A program made the translations under genes and the position numbers. 64,000 bases of DNA from a bacterium. Lineage in GTDB: Bacteria; UBA8248. The notes under the pieces are model-generated. The model was not told where the DNA came from. It worked only from the letters and a program-made list of their open reading frames with translations, and did no database searches. The DNA is taken from assembly GCA_965204535.1 (NCBI GenBank), contig CBDBEV010000001.1, positions 352,001 through 416,000 on the forward strand, given 5' to 3'. The first letter of the stretch is position 1; each line of letters begins with the position of its first letter. Shown here in pieces: positions 18,635 through 28,032 of this stretch.

Positions 18635-20989
18635 TCATCCCGGCGCCGTGAGGGCGCGCCTGCGCTCCGTGCTCATCGACCAGGGCAGCCACGCGGAGAG
18701 GTCCCCGGGCGCCCGGCCGCCGTTCTCCGCGCAGGCCGTGAGCCATGCCTCCAGCCAGCGGAGCGGGTCGACCCCGTTCGACGCGAGGGTTCCGAGGACC
18801 GAGTACATCATCGCCGTAAACCTGGCGCCGGCCTCGCTGTCGGAGCCGAACGAGAGCCGCCTGCCGATCACAGGGCCCCGAAGCGCACGTTCGCTGGCGT
18901 TGTTATCCATCGGCACCGAGGGGCGTTCGATGAAGACGCTCAGCCCCTCGCGGTGGTTCAGCAGCGAGCGAAGCGCCTTGCCCTCGCGCGCCTGCGCGGG
19001 CAGAGCGGCCATCTCCCGTCGGGCCTGCGCGAACAGGTCCTTGAGCGCCTTCTTCAATTCGTCGTGCGCCGCGTCGAACGCCGCATCCTGGCGTTCGACG
19101 CCCGGGTCGTAACTGGCCAGGCGCGCCTCGTTCAGGCGGTAAAGCAAGGCAATCCGCTCGATCCATCTCTCGCACCACGGCGTCAGCCGCTCATCGCCGG
19201 CGGCGCAGTGGATATAATCGCGCCGGACGTGACTCCAGCACCATGCGAGAGTCACCAGACCCCCGGGAATGCGCGCCAGCTTCTTGTAGGCGCTGTAGCG
19301 GTCGCAGACGATGACCGTATGGGAGCCGGCCGCGCCGAACAGCTTCATCGCGACCTCAGCACTCCGCGAGGGGTCGACGTGGAAGTAGACGGAGTCTGCG
19401 CTGACCGAGGTCCACAGCCAGGCGCGGCTCGAGCGTCCTTGTTCGCGAAGCGACTGAACGCGCCACGTCGTCTCGTCCCCGTGACGCACCGCCGCTTCGT
19501 TCTGGCGGTCGAGGATCGCCGCAGCCAGCGGCTCGAAGAGCGGCGTGAAGCGGTGCGTGCTGTCGCCCAGTGTGCCTGCAGAGACCGGAAGCCCCTGGTC
19601 GGAGAGCCACGCGGCGACCCGGCGCAGCGGGCGGAAGCAGGCGTAGCGCTCGAACAGGAAGCGCGCCCACACGCTCGTCCCGTAAGGCGTGCCCGCGAAC
19701 AGGCGCGGCGCGGCGGGCGCCGACACTTCCACCGGAGACGACGCGCACGCGCATCTCCTGCGCCATCTCGGACGGCGGATGACGCGCTTGTGGGCCGAGA
19801 CTTCGATCTCGAAGATGGAGGAGACCTCGGCGCCATTGGCCACGTAGGGCTTCCCGCAACCGGCGCAGACGCGCGCACCGGCCGGCGGGTTGCGAACTTC
19901 GGTCCTCTCATCGAGCGCGGGCCGCGGGGTGCGGCCATGACCGGCGGCGCCGGGTTGCCGGCCGCGCCTGCGCTCCGAGCGCGGCCTCTCCTGCCGTTCG
20001 CTCTTGCGCCCGAACAGTCTTCTCGCCAGCACCGCTCCGGTGGCGCGAAGCTTCGCGAGATCGGCCTCCAGCCGCGCCCGGATGGTCTCTGACTTGCGGA
20101 GCGCCCTGCGAAGACGCCCGTTCTCCCTCGACAGCGACCTGAGCGCCGTCTTCTGGCGCCGCGACCTCCCCAGGGCCTTGCGCAGTTCCTCATCTGCACG
20201 AGACGGCGACTTCGAGCGCGCCGCCTCGAGAGCGCGCAGCAACCGCGCCTTCAGCCGTTCGGTCGCAATGCCTACGGCCCCCAGGGAGACTTCAAGACGG
20301 TAGACCTCCGCAGACAGCGACTCGACCACCTCCGCCTGGTCGCGCAATCGCCTCAACTTCCTGTAGAGCCCGATGGCCTCCTCGTCCAGGCTCCGAATGG
20401 TCTCCTTGTCGGTCGCCGACTTCTGCTTCTCCAGGGCCAGACGATCTTCGAGCCGGGCAACTTCCTTCTCCCGCCGGCCGACCTCCTTGCGCAGGGCATG
20501 AATCGTCTCCTTGCGCTCCTCCAGGGCCTTGCGCAGCCGCCCCGCCTCCCCCGGCGACGGCACGCCCGAGAGCTCCTTGCGAAGCCGGACGACCTCCATG
20601 CGCAGCGACATGAGCGGGCTGCGCTTGCGCGGATCGACCCCCGCCTCCGCAAGCAGCTTCTCCAGCCGCGCCACTTCCGCCTTGAGCGACAGCGCGTCCT
20701 TCGCCGCGCGGCGGGCTTCCTTCGCCTCCCCGGCGGCCGCCTCGAGCTTCTTCCGGCTGGCGTCGAGATGCCGCTTCAGCTTGCCCGCACGGGAGCGGGA
20801 ATCCACTTCCGCCCAACGCAACTCCTCGCAGCGCGCCTCCGCCGCCTCCGCGCGCGCACGCTCGCGCTCGTACAGCGAACGCCAGTACGCCTCTGCGGTT
20901 GTGGACAACCCGGGGGAATGAGGCCATGGCTCATCCGGCCTCTCGGCCAACGCCAACTCCGTCTCGACAGCTTCTGCGCGAATCTTCAT
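18635..20989 (-). CDS. IS66-family transposase (copy 2)
   Basis: Translation identical to 15214-17568. Confidence 0.92.
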   Translation of the reverse strand: MKIRAEAVETELALAERPDEPWPHSPGLSTTAEAYWRSLYERERARAEAAEARCEELRWAEVDSRSRAGKLKRHLDASRKKLEAAAGEAKEARRAAKDALSLKAEVARLEKLLAEAGVDPRKRSPLMSLRMEVVRLRKELSGVPSPGEAGRLRKALEERKETIHALRKEVGRREKEVARLEDRLALEKQKSATDKETIRSLDEEAIGLYRKLRRLRDQAEVVESLSAEVYRLEVSLGAVGIATERLKARLLRALEAARSKSPSRADEELRKALGRSRRQKTALRSLSRENGRLRRALRKSETIRARLEADLAKLRATGAVLARRLFGRKSERQERPRSERRRGRQPGAAGHGRTPRPALDERTEVRNPPAGARVCAGCGKPYVANGAEVSSIFEIEVSAHKRVIRRPRWRRRCACASSPVEVSAPAAPRLFAGTPYGTSVWARFLFERYACFRPLRRVAAWLSDQGLPVSAGTLGDSTHRFTPLFEPLAAAILDRQNEAAVRHGDETTWRVQSLREQGRSSRAWLWTSVSADSVYFHVDPSRSAEVAMKLFGAAGSHTVIVCDRYSAYKKLARIPGGLVTLAWCWSHVRRDYIHCAAGDERLTPWCERWIERIALLYRLNEARLASYDPGVERQDAAFDAAHDELKKALKDLFAQARREMAALPAQAREGKALRSLLNHREGLSVFIERPSVPMDNNASERALRGPVIGRRLSFGSDSEAGARFTAMMYSVLGTLASNGVDPLRWLEAWLTACAENGGRAPGDLSAWLPWSMSTERRRALTAPG

Positions 20990-21680
20990 GCCGACATCAT
21001 TAGCACATGTCGAATCGCGTTACCAGTCGCCCGGGAAAATTCTATCCGATGGAGGCGATGCGCCCGGCGCCGGGTCCATCACGGCCCGCCCGAACGCTTA
21101 CCCGACAGGTACGCTCCGAAATGCGCAGGAGTTTGAATCAATCTGCTTTCGATTTGCTTACTTATTACTGAAACCGAGTCCCTAACAAAACTCCTAGAAA
21201 ACAAATACCTGCAATAATTTCAACAAACTAAAAAGATTCCACCCCTGCTGAAACTCCCCACCGTCTCTAAACACGCGGAAGAGCGGGATGTCGCCCCCTC
21301 CCGCCAGGAGTCCGTGGCACTGACTACGCAACTGCCGGGCGGTCGGGCAGGCCCCGGGTTCGAGCGGCTTCGCCGGAAAGGCGGACTCAAACCGCCCCGC
21401 TGCCGCCTCCCCGCGCGTCGTTCGCATATTCCATGATGATGGACGGCCCCTGCATGGCCCAGGAGCCGTCGCCCTAACTCCAGGCGAACGCGACGCCCGC
21501 GAGGACCCCCCCGACTCGTAATCGGCGCCCATCACGCCCGCCGTCACGTCGCCATCGAGAGAGAGCGCCCTCTGTGTCGCTGAACGAAGAGCGCCACTTC
21601 ATGGTCCCCGAGCGTCGGCCGCGTCGGGGCGGCGCTCCCCTCGATGCGCGCGCCCACGGCTTCGGGCGCCTGCTTCGCCG

Positions 21681-21890
21681 CTACTGCCTGTTCACGCCGA
21701 AGCCGCCGACCATCCGGCCGTCCGTGCTGAACATCGAGTGGAACGTTCCGGTCGCGACCTTCGGAACACCGTCGTCGCCATTTTCGTAAAGCCGGCCGGA
21801 CCACTCGCCGGAGGAGGCGGCGGCCGTGCCGTCGATGGGCCACACCGTATCGTTATCTGCGGTGCGGCTAATGCCACCCGTAGCGGCGAA
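21681..21890 (-). pseudogene. Diverged 3'-end copy of the TbpB-like lipoprotein gene
   Basis: FAATGGISRTADNDTVWPIDGTAAASSGEWSGRLYENGDDGVPKVATGTFHSMFSTDGRMVGGFGVNRQ* aligns to the C-terminus of 22847-24594. Confidence 0.85.
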
Positions 21891-22846
21891 TTCAGATCCA
21901 GTTTCATGAAGTGTGTCACGGTGATGTTTGACTTCAGGTCGGCGGACCAGATGATCCGCGCCGCCGCCGGGGCGGCGGCTTCGGTGAGGGATACGAGCGG
22001 GCGCCCACCATGCGGCGGGATGCCGCCTGCAGGTTGCAAGTCCCGGCGGGCTCTCTCCACGCGGTTTCTCACTTCCCGGCCCTGCCCTTCCCTGTATTTC
22101 GATTTCCCGAGAAAGAGCCGGACGGCGCGCTCGGCCCGGCTTTCCTCACGACGGGACATCTGTTCCGGTTTATCGTCCCATTCTACCAAAAGTTGCATGT
22201 CTTGTTCGCATTCGGACTCTTTGATTTCATGTCTGTATCGCGCATGCATTTTCCCCCGTGTTTTCCGGCCCCGGGAAGGGGAGAGATGAACGGAAGCGAC
22301 GAGGCGGGGCGCATCCCGCGGCTGCGCGCGGCGCCCTACGAAGCGGGTTCGCTGTCGGTCCACCCCCGCTGCGCCGGTGACGGTGCGAGGGCGCAGGAAA
22401 GATTGCTCCGCTTCGTTCCCCGATCCCGTCGCGAAGGGAAGCGAGACCCCCGTGGAGCATCACCTGCAGCCAAGGGCGGAACAGGTCCGGCAAAATCAAG
22501 GAAGGAGAATTTGACCTGGGCCAACCCGATTGGAGAAGGGCCGACACCCCTCAAAGGACTGACTCAAGGGGTTGTTGAAAAAACCCCTGAAGGCGGGAAC
22601 TGCTGCGACACAATCCCTGAGGTGCACAGGCCAAATCGGGGTGTCGGCCTGCTTGCATGGAGCGAAAACAGGGGCTGCCCGTTGTTCCCCCTCCCGGCTC
22701 GAGGACTCAAACTCACAACCGGGAGCGGTACAGTTTGCTCCATCACGAGGGAAGCAACCAACGGGCAACCCCCTTTTCGCTCTACTTGATTCGCCCGGGC
22801 CCCGGGGCGGTGAAGCCCCGAGGCAAAGGCGTCCTGCTCTTCGCTG

Positions 22847-24594
22847 CTACTGCTTGTTCACGCCGAAGGCGCCGACCATTTTGCCGGCCGTGCTGAACTC
22901 GGAATAGAACGTGCCGGTCCCGACCTTCGGAATGCCGCCGTCGTCATTGTCGTAGAGCGTTCCGGCCCACTCGCCGGAGGCGGTGGCGGCCGTCCCGCCC
23001 ATGGTCCAGACCGTATCGTTGCCGTCCTGGCCTGTGCCTGTCCGAGTAATACCCCCGGTGGCAGCAACGACAGCCTCCTTCAACTCGACCGACCAGTCAC
23101 GCGACATGCCGTCCGCGCCCATGAAGTTGTCGATGGTGCCCGTGATCGAATTGTCGGTGAAATCGGCTTTAAGCGTCGCCTTCGCGGTGAAGTGGCCTGC
23201 GTCGTTCGTTCCCCCGGTCGCGCTGTAGAGCGCGTACTTGCCGGCGGCGCCGCCCATGTAGGTCGCCGTTCCATTCAAGGTATCGAGGGCAGCGGCAGCC
23301 GGGACGGCGCCCTTCACATCCGCGAACGCGCTCGCGGTGAACTTGCTGCCGTCCTCGGACTTGTGGATCCACCAGCCGTAGGAAGCGTAGATGGCGTCCG
23401 GCGTGCTCACGACCCTGGCGTTCGGGTCGGCGGGCTTGAAGTGCCAAGCGCTCGCCGTAAACGTGTTGTCGGTCGCCGAAGCCACGGTGCCAAGCTGGAA
23501 GGAGTTCTTACCCGCTACGCGGGAGGCGCATATGGTCGTGCCGGTGGGCGTGCAATACCAGGTGCCCGACACGCCGTGGAAACTGCCGGCGATCATCACA
23601 CGCCGAAGACTTTCCGTCTTCTCGAAGGTCTTGACCCCGGCACCCTGGTCGAAGCTCGGACTGGCGATCCGCTTCTGGGTGGTCTCGTCGGTCGTCGAGT
23701 TGACCTCCAGTTCTCCTTCGTCATTCAACGAGTACTGGAATTTCGCGATTTCTGCCGGACTGCGAGTGCCGAACGGCTTGCCCTGCGTCGGCTCGTCCAC
23801 GTTCGAGTAGACGACCGCTTCGTACATGCCGTCGTCGTCGGGCTCGGCCGTATACTTCTTGCCCTCCCAGCCGTGGTTGTCGGGGACCGTCGCATCCTTC
23901 TTTTCCGAAAGAGCGACGGGCTCGGCGGTGCCGATGCCCACCATGATGCGCGTGTCGACGGCAACGCCGGTGTCGGGAACGTCGACGTTGTTGTACGCGG
24001 CGCCCCGCTGGTCCGCGGTCAAGGCGGTGTTAGCGGCCGTCGTTGTGGTGGCATCGCCACTCGGCGCAGCGATTCCCATGTGCAGCTTCAGGGCATCCGC
24101 CATCATGGCCGCATCCGCGGCCTTCTGCGCAGCGTCCATCGCCGCCGTGCGGGCCGTCTTGGCGGCGGCAAGCTGGGTTTCCAGCGCGGTGACGGTTCCG
24201 GTGTTCGCGGTTTTCTCCGCCGCCGGTACATTTTCGGCCGCCGCTATCGCCGCCTTCGCGGCCATGATCGCCGCATCGGCGGCGCTCACCTCGGCAGCGG
24301 TCGAGGCGTTGTCGACGGCTAAGACCTTCGTCTGGGCGTCCGCCAGTTTCATCTTGATGTCTTCACGCTCCATAGCCAATTTCTCTGCCGCCAAATCTGC
24401 GGCTGAAGTGCATGTCTCATCGGCATTCCATCGGCCCCCCGCGTCCTCGCACGCCATCCGCGAGTCATCAGGCATCTCGGCCGGCGCTTGCGTAGAGCCC
24501 CGCCGCCACCGCCGCAGCCCGCCAGCGTCAGCGCGAACACGGCCGCCAGCGCGAAAGCGTAGAACTTGTGAACATACTTGTCTTTGAACATCAT
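22847..24594 (-). CDS. TbpB/fHbp-like surface lipoprotein, frameshifted in a G4 tract just after the lipobox
   Basis: AGGAGG RBS, ATG 24594, signal ...ALTLAGC-GGGGG. One extra G at 24498-24501 joins it to the long frame: Ala-rich stalk, GTATYMGGAAGKY, ADFTDNSITGTIDNF, and a terminal barrel strand VGAFGVNKQ. Confidence 0.82.
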
Positions 24595-24843
24595 TTAGTG
24601 AGTCCTCCTGAATACACAATAGAAAAAGGGATCTTCCGTGAATTTCCGGCTTTCTCCGATTAACCTCCTTTCGTCAGCTTTTTTTCGGGCCTTCACAAAC
24701 TGGTGATTCGTATTCTGGGCCGCCTGAAATACGGCAGGCTCAAACCCTTTCATGCTCCGGGCCGGTGGTTCCGCGAGAGACATGTTCCTGCGGCATGCGC
24801 CCGCCTTTCACTGCCTCCAGAGGCGAGCCGCCTGCCACCCGGC

Positions 24844-24877
24844 CTGCCCGCCGATAATCGCTATTATCGGATGTGAG
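24844..24877 (+). other. lox-like recombination site L
   Basis: CTGCCCGCCGATA-ATCGCTAT-TATCGGATGTGAG: inverted inner arms CCGATA/TATCGG around an asymmetric 8-bp spacer. Confidence 0.75.
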
Positions 24878-24988
24878 AAGCCCCGCTTTCCGCCGGGAGA
24901 GGCGTTTCGGGGCGCATCCGGGCCGTAAATGAGCGCGAAAAGACGCAAAACGGCGCCCGAAACCCCTCCGGGGACCCCGGAATTGCGC

Positions 24989-25016
24989 TTGACATGGCCT
25001 TGAGAGGTGTTATATT
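24989..25016 (+). promoter_or_regulatory. sigma70-type promoter inside the putative invertible segment
   Basis: TTGACA (24989-24994), 16 nt, then TATATT (25011-25016) preceded by a TGn extended -10. Confidence 0.7.
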
Positions 25017-25045
25017 TTCTGATAATAGCGATTATCGGACTCCAG
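25012..25045 (-). other. lox-like recombination site R (inverted relative to L)
   Basis: ATATTTTCTGATA-ATAGCGAT-TATCGGACTCCAG; spacer is the reverse complement of the site L spacer; 18-bp perfect inverted repeat with L. Confidence 0.75.
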
Positions 25046-25051
25046 AAACCC

Positions 25052-25090
25052 GCCGTTTCGCCGGTATTCCCCTGCGAAACGGCTTTTTTT
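25052..25090 (+). terminator. Intrinsic terminator immediately downstream of site R
   Basis: GCCGTTTCGC-12 nt loop-GCGAAACGGC followed by T7. Confidence 0.8.
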
Positions 25091-25154
25091 ATTGGAAATT
25101 CCCCGCCGTCGTCTATACTCGGCAATCGACGAGGCCCGGGAGCGGCCTCAGGGA

Positions 25155-26135
25155 ATGGAAACGGCCGCTGACCCGGAAGGTTGGCTTCTCGGCATGACGA
25201 CGGGGGCAACACCGCCCGACCCGGAACAGGACATCGCTTTGACGAGGAGGCCGGCCCGACCGGCCCGTGCGGCCGCCGACCTGGCGAAGGCGTCGATGTC
25301 TGAGAACACGCGGCGAGTGTACGAGACGGCCCTGCGGAGGTTCGAGCGCTCGGGAAACCCCGAGACCGACGCCGGGATAGCGGCGTACCTGGGGGATCTC
25401 TACGAGGGGGGGCACTCGGCGGCCGTGGCCGCGATGGCGGTCGCGGCGCTTCGCTTCCGGGCGAAGCTGAACGGCCGGCCCTCCCCGGCGGGACCTGCGA
25501 CGGAGCGGGTGCTGGCCGGCTTCCGGCGCCTGGCCGCAGAGCGCGGCCGCGGCCAGGTGGCGGGGGTGCGCTGGGAGCAGGCGGACCGGGCGGCGGCGCT
25601 GGCCGAGGGGACGGGGACCCTGGGCGGTCTGCGCGACGCCGCGATCGTGGCGGTGGCGAGCGACGCCCTGCTCCGGGTGTCGGAGGTCGAGGCGCTCGAC
25701 ATCGAGGACGTGGACCTGGGCGAGCAGACGGTGCTGATCCGCCGCTCGAAGACCGACCAGGAGGGCGAGGGCGTCGTGCAGTTTCTGGGCGAGCCGACGG
25801 TGGCGCGCGTCGGGGCCTGGCTTCTGGAGGCGGGCCTGACGAAGGGGCCGCTCTTCCGGCCGCTGTTCAAGTCGGGCCGGCTACGGGAAGGCCGCCTGAC
25901 GGAGAGGAGCATCCGGCGCATCATCATCCGGCGCGCCCGGGACGCGGGCGTGGAGGGGCGCATCAGCGGGCACAGCCTGCGCGTGGGCAGCGCCCAGAGC
26001 CTGGCCACGGCGGGGGCGTCGCTGGTCGAGATGCAAATCGCCGGGCGCTGGCAGTCGCCGGCCATGCCGGGGCGCTACGCGCAGGGCCAACTCGCGAAAC
26101 AGGGCGCGATGGCGAGGCTTCGCTACGGGCGGTGA
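25155..26135 (+). CDS. Cre-like tyrosine recombinase
   Basis: SENTRRVY, LRDAAI..LLRVSEV, RSKTDQ, HSLRVGSAQSL..AG.SLVEMQIAGRWQSPAMPGRY (R-K-H-R-W-Y catalytic set as in Cre). Start at ATG 25155 or 25194; possible own promoter TTGGAA-N16-TATACT at 25092-25119. Confidence 0.9.
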   Translation: METAADPEGWLLGMTTGATPPDPEQDIALTRRPARPARAAADLAKASMSENTRRVYETALRRFERSGNPETDAGIAAYLGDLYEGGHSAAVAAMAVAALRFRAKLNGRPSPAGPATERVLAGFRRLAAERGRGQVAGVRWEQADRAAALAEGTGTLGGLRDAAIVAVASDALLRVSEVEALDIEDVDLGEQTVLIRRSKTDQEGEGVVQFLGEPTVARVGAWLLEAGLTKGPLFRPLFKSGRLREGRLTERSIRRIIIRRARDAGVEGRISGHSLRVGSAQSLATAGASLVEMQIAGRWQSPAMPGRYAQGQLAKQGAMARLRYGR

Positions 26136-26185
26136 GGTCCGCCCGGCGTTTCGTCGAACACGGGACAGGCACGAAGAGAATTCGC

Positions 26186-26317
26186 GGCGGGAGCGCCCCG
26201 CCCGCGTCCGGAATTCAGGAGGGCGATGGTCTCACGCTCTGCCGCCGCGGCCTCCTCCGTCGTGAGCATGTCCTTCGCTCCGGGCAGGTCCGCCGCGTGC
26301 AGGACGCCCGTCTTCTC
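26186..26317 (-). pseudogene. Internal fragment of a second MOBF relaxase
   Basis: EKTGVLHAADLPGAKDMLTTEEAAAAERETIALL; homologous to window positions 29-160. Confidence 0.8.
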
Positions 26318-26329
26318 CCGAATATCTCC

Positions 26330-27028
26330 CTACCGCCTCTTCCGCCGGGCGGCTCTCTCCTCGGACGTGGAAGTCCACCTCCGGGCGGAGGCCCACTTCT
26401 CGAGGTCTTCGAGCAGGTAGCGCACCCGGTATCCGATGCGAAGAAAATCCGGCCCCTCTCCGCTCACGCGGTAGCGCTCCAGCGTCTTGGGCGAGAGGCC
26501 GAGCCAGGCGGCCGCCTCCCGCGTGTTCAGGTGGTTCTCCTCCGTGCGCTCATCGGCGTCTCCCGCGGCGTCCCACGTCCCGTCGAACGGGTCGGGCAAG
26601 TCCGCGAGCCTCCTGCGTATGGCGCGGATCTCCTCTCCCGTCGCGTTGGCCGCCATCCAGGCGCGCACCCGGTCGAAGGTCTTGAGATACGGCGAGGCGC
26701 CCCGGCGCAGCCTCCCCACGAAAGAGGGATTCCCCACGGTCTCCTCGCCCAGGATCGAGACCTTGGTCCCGCTCACCGCGAGAAACGCCTCGACCTCGGC
26801 CCGCAGGAGCGGTCCCAGCGGCGGGTACCCCATGAACGCGAGCACCCGGTCCGCCGTGTCGACCCGCAGGGGCCGCCCCCGGGCGTGCAGACCCACGAAG
26901 CCGGGAATCCCCAGCGCGCCCACCCCGAAGCGCCTCGCGCTCATCCCGCGGCGCGCGCGCCAGAGCGCAATGCTCCGGCGCAGCCGCTCGTCCAGCGGGG
27001 CGCCGGTATCGTCGTCGAACGCGGTCAT
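26330..27028 (-). CDS. DNA-binding protein: two Cro-like repeats plus C-terminal excisionase/HTH_17 domain
   Basis: C-term HLNTREAAAWLGLSPKTLERYRVSGEGPDFLRIGYRVRY; two internal repeats ending DRVLAFM and DRVRAWM. Confidence 0.8.
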   Translation of the reverse strand: MTAFDDDTGAPLDERLRRSIALWRARRGMSARRFGVGALGIPGFVGLHARGRPLRVDTADRVLAFMGYPPLGPLLRAEVEAFLAVSGTKVSILGEETVGNPSFVGRLRRGASPYLKTFDRVRAWMAANATGEEIRAIRRRLADLPDPFDGTWDAAGDADERTEENHLNTREAAAWLGLSPKTLERYRVSGEGPDFLRIGYRVRYLLEDLEKWASARRWTSTSEERAARRKRR

Positions 27029-27270
27029 GGCGCGCGAACATAAGGAAAGAACGAGCGCCCGTTCAATCGTTGTTTCTAGCGCGAAAGGTACACCCGTGAA
27101 GAATCCGCGCCCGCGTCCGTGCGCGGATCGCTCATCGGTTCAGCCTGAAATCAAGGGGGTTTCCCGGAAAACGAGGGTCGCCGGAGAACGTGCAGCGAGG
27201 CGCTGCGGAAAAAAAGGAACAATGTCGCCCCCCGGCCGAGAGTTCGAAAACCTCTTTCGTTCACACCGCG

Positions 27271-27343
27271 GCGCCCGGCGAGTTGCATCCCGACCGGAGA
27301 AGCCCCTGTCGCGGCAAGACGCTGCGCGCTGCCCGTGCGCAGG
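27271..27343 (-). pseudogene. Fragment of a second Cre-like recombinase
   Basis: LRTGSAQRLAATGASPVGMQLAGR matches LRVGSAQSLATAGASLVEMQIAGR at ~25976-26048. Confidence 0.7.
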
Positions 27344-28032
27344 TCGAAACGGCGCCTATTCCCTTGTTTCATTCGTTTTTATCGCATCGTATGCTGATGT
27401 TCCGGGTCGTCCGCCAAATACAATACGGCCAAGCCGAAACAGGCGGACATTCCTTCGTGGATTGTATGCCAACGGCCCGGATTCTGGAGGACATATAAAA
27501 TATTCGGCCGGGCAGGCGGGGGGCAGCAATGCCTCCGCCTACCCGGCCTGCCCCCCCAGTAATCATTCTCTCATGGGGTGATGAGCATCAAAAATTCGCC
27601 GACCCAAATCGGATACGCCGTGCCATACTAACAACTGCCTCTGAGCCTTGTGGTATTATCACCCTGCCAACGAACGATTACCCGGTCTTCGACGACTCGC
27701 GCCCCCTGGGATGCTCTGGGGTTGTAATGAGTCCGCTTGCGTTTTGATTACATTTATTTCAAGGAATTTATAACCAGCTTGAAAACAATAATTTAATTTT
27801 TATATTCTGGATATATCGATAAATTCACGGGGTTATTCGATAAATTCCTGAAAATTACCGGCCATGCAAGTGGTTGTAATAAAAAGAGTTGCCATAGAAA
27901 CCTGAGCGTCCCGCACTCAGATATAGCGGCAAAAAAAGTTTTTCGCCGACCCCCGCATTTGCCCGCAACAGCCCGCATTTCCTCCCGCACCGCATCACGC
28001 CGGCAAAGCCTCATTCATCAATCGGAATCGAC

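Larger units (their letters stand above)
17689..21101 (-). mobile_element. IS66-family element with DUF4338 passenger, copy 2 (tandem)
   Basis: Same IRs and identical proteins offset by 3421 bp; followed by CCGACAGGT (21102-21110), the target duplication. Confidence 0.93.

Noticed and set aside
21960-22363. Possible small minus-strand gene (MQLLVEWDDKPEQ...)
   Set aside because: No recognisable family or clean boundaries; it runs out of frame into the lipoprotein remnant.
21681-23020. DGR template/variable repeat pair (21681-21853 vs 22847-23020)
   Set aside because: Differences are not adenine-specific, many are synonymous, and no reverse transcriptase is present in the window.
24851-25038. 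Fur boxes or a chromosomal dif site
   Set aside because: GATAAT-N4-ATTATC spacing does not fit Fur (7-1-7 or 19-bp), and the XerD arm TTATGTTAAAT is absent. Inverted identical spacers next to a Cre-like gene fit lox-like sites better.
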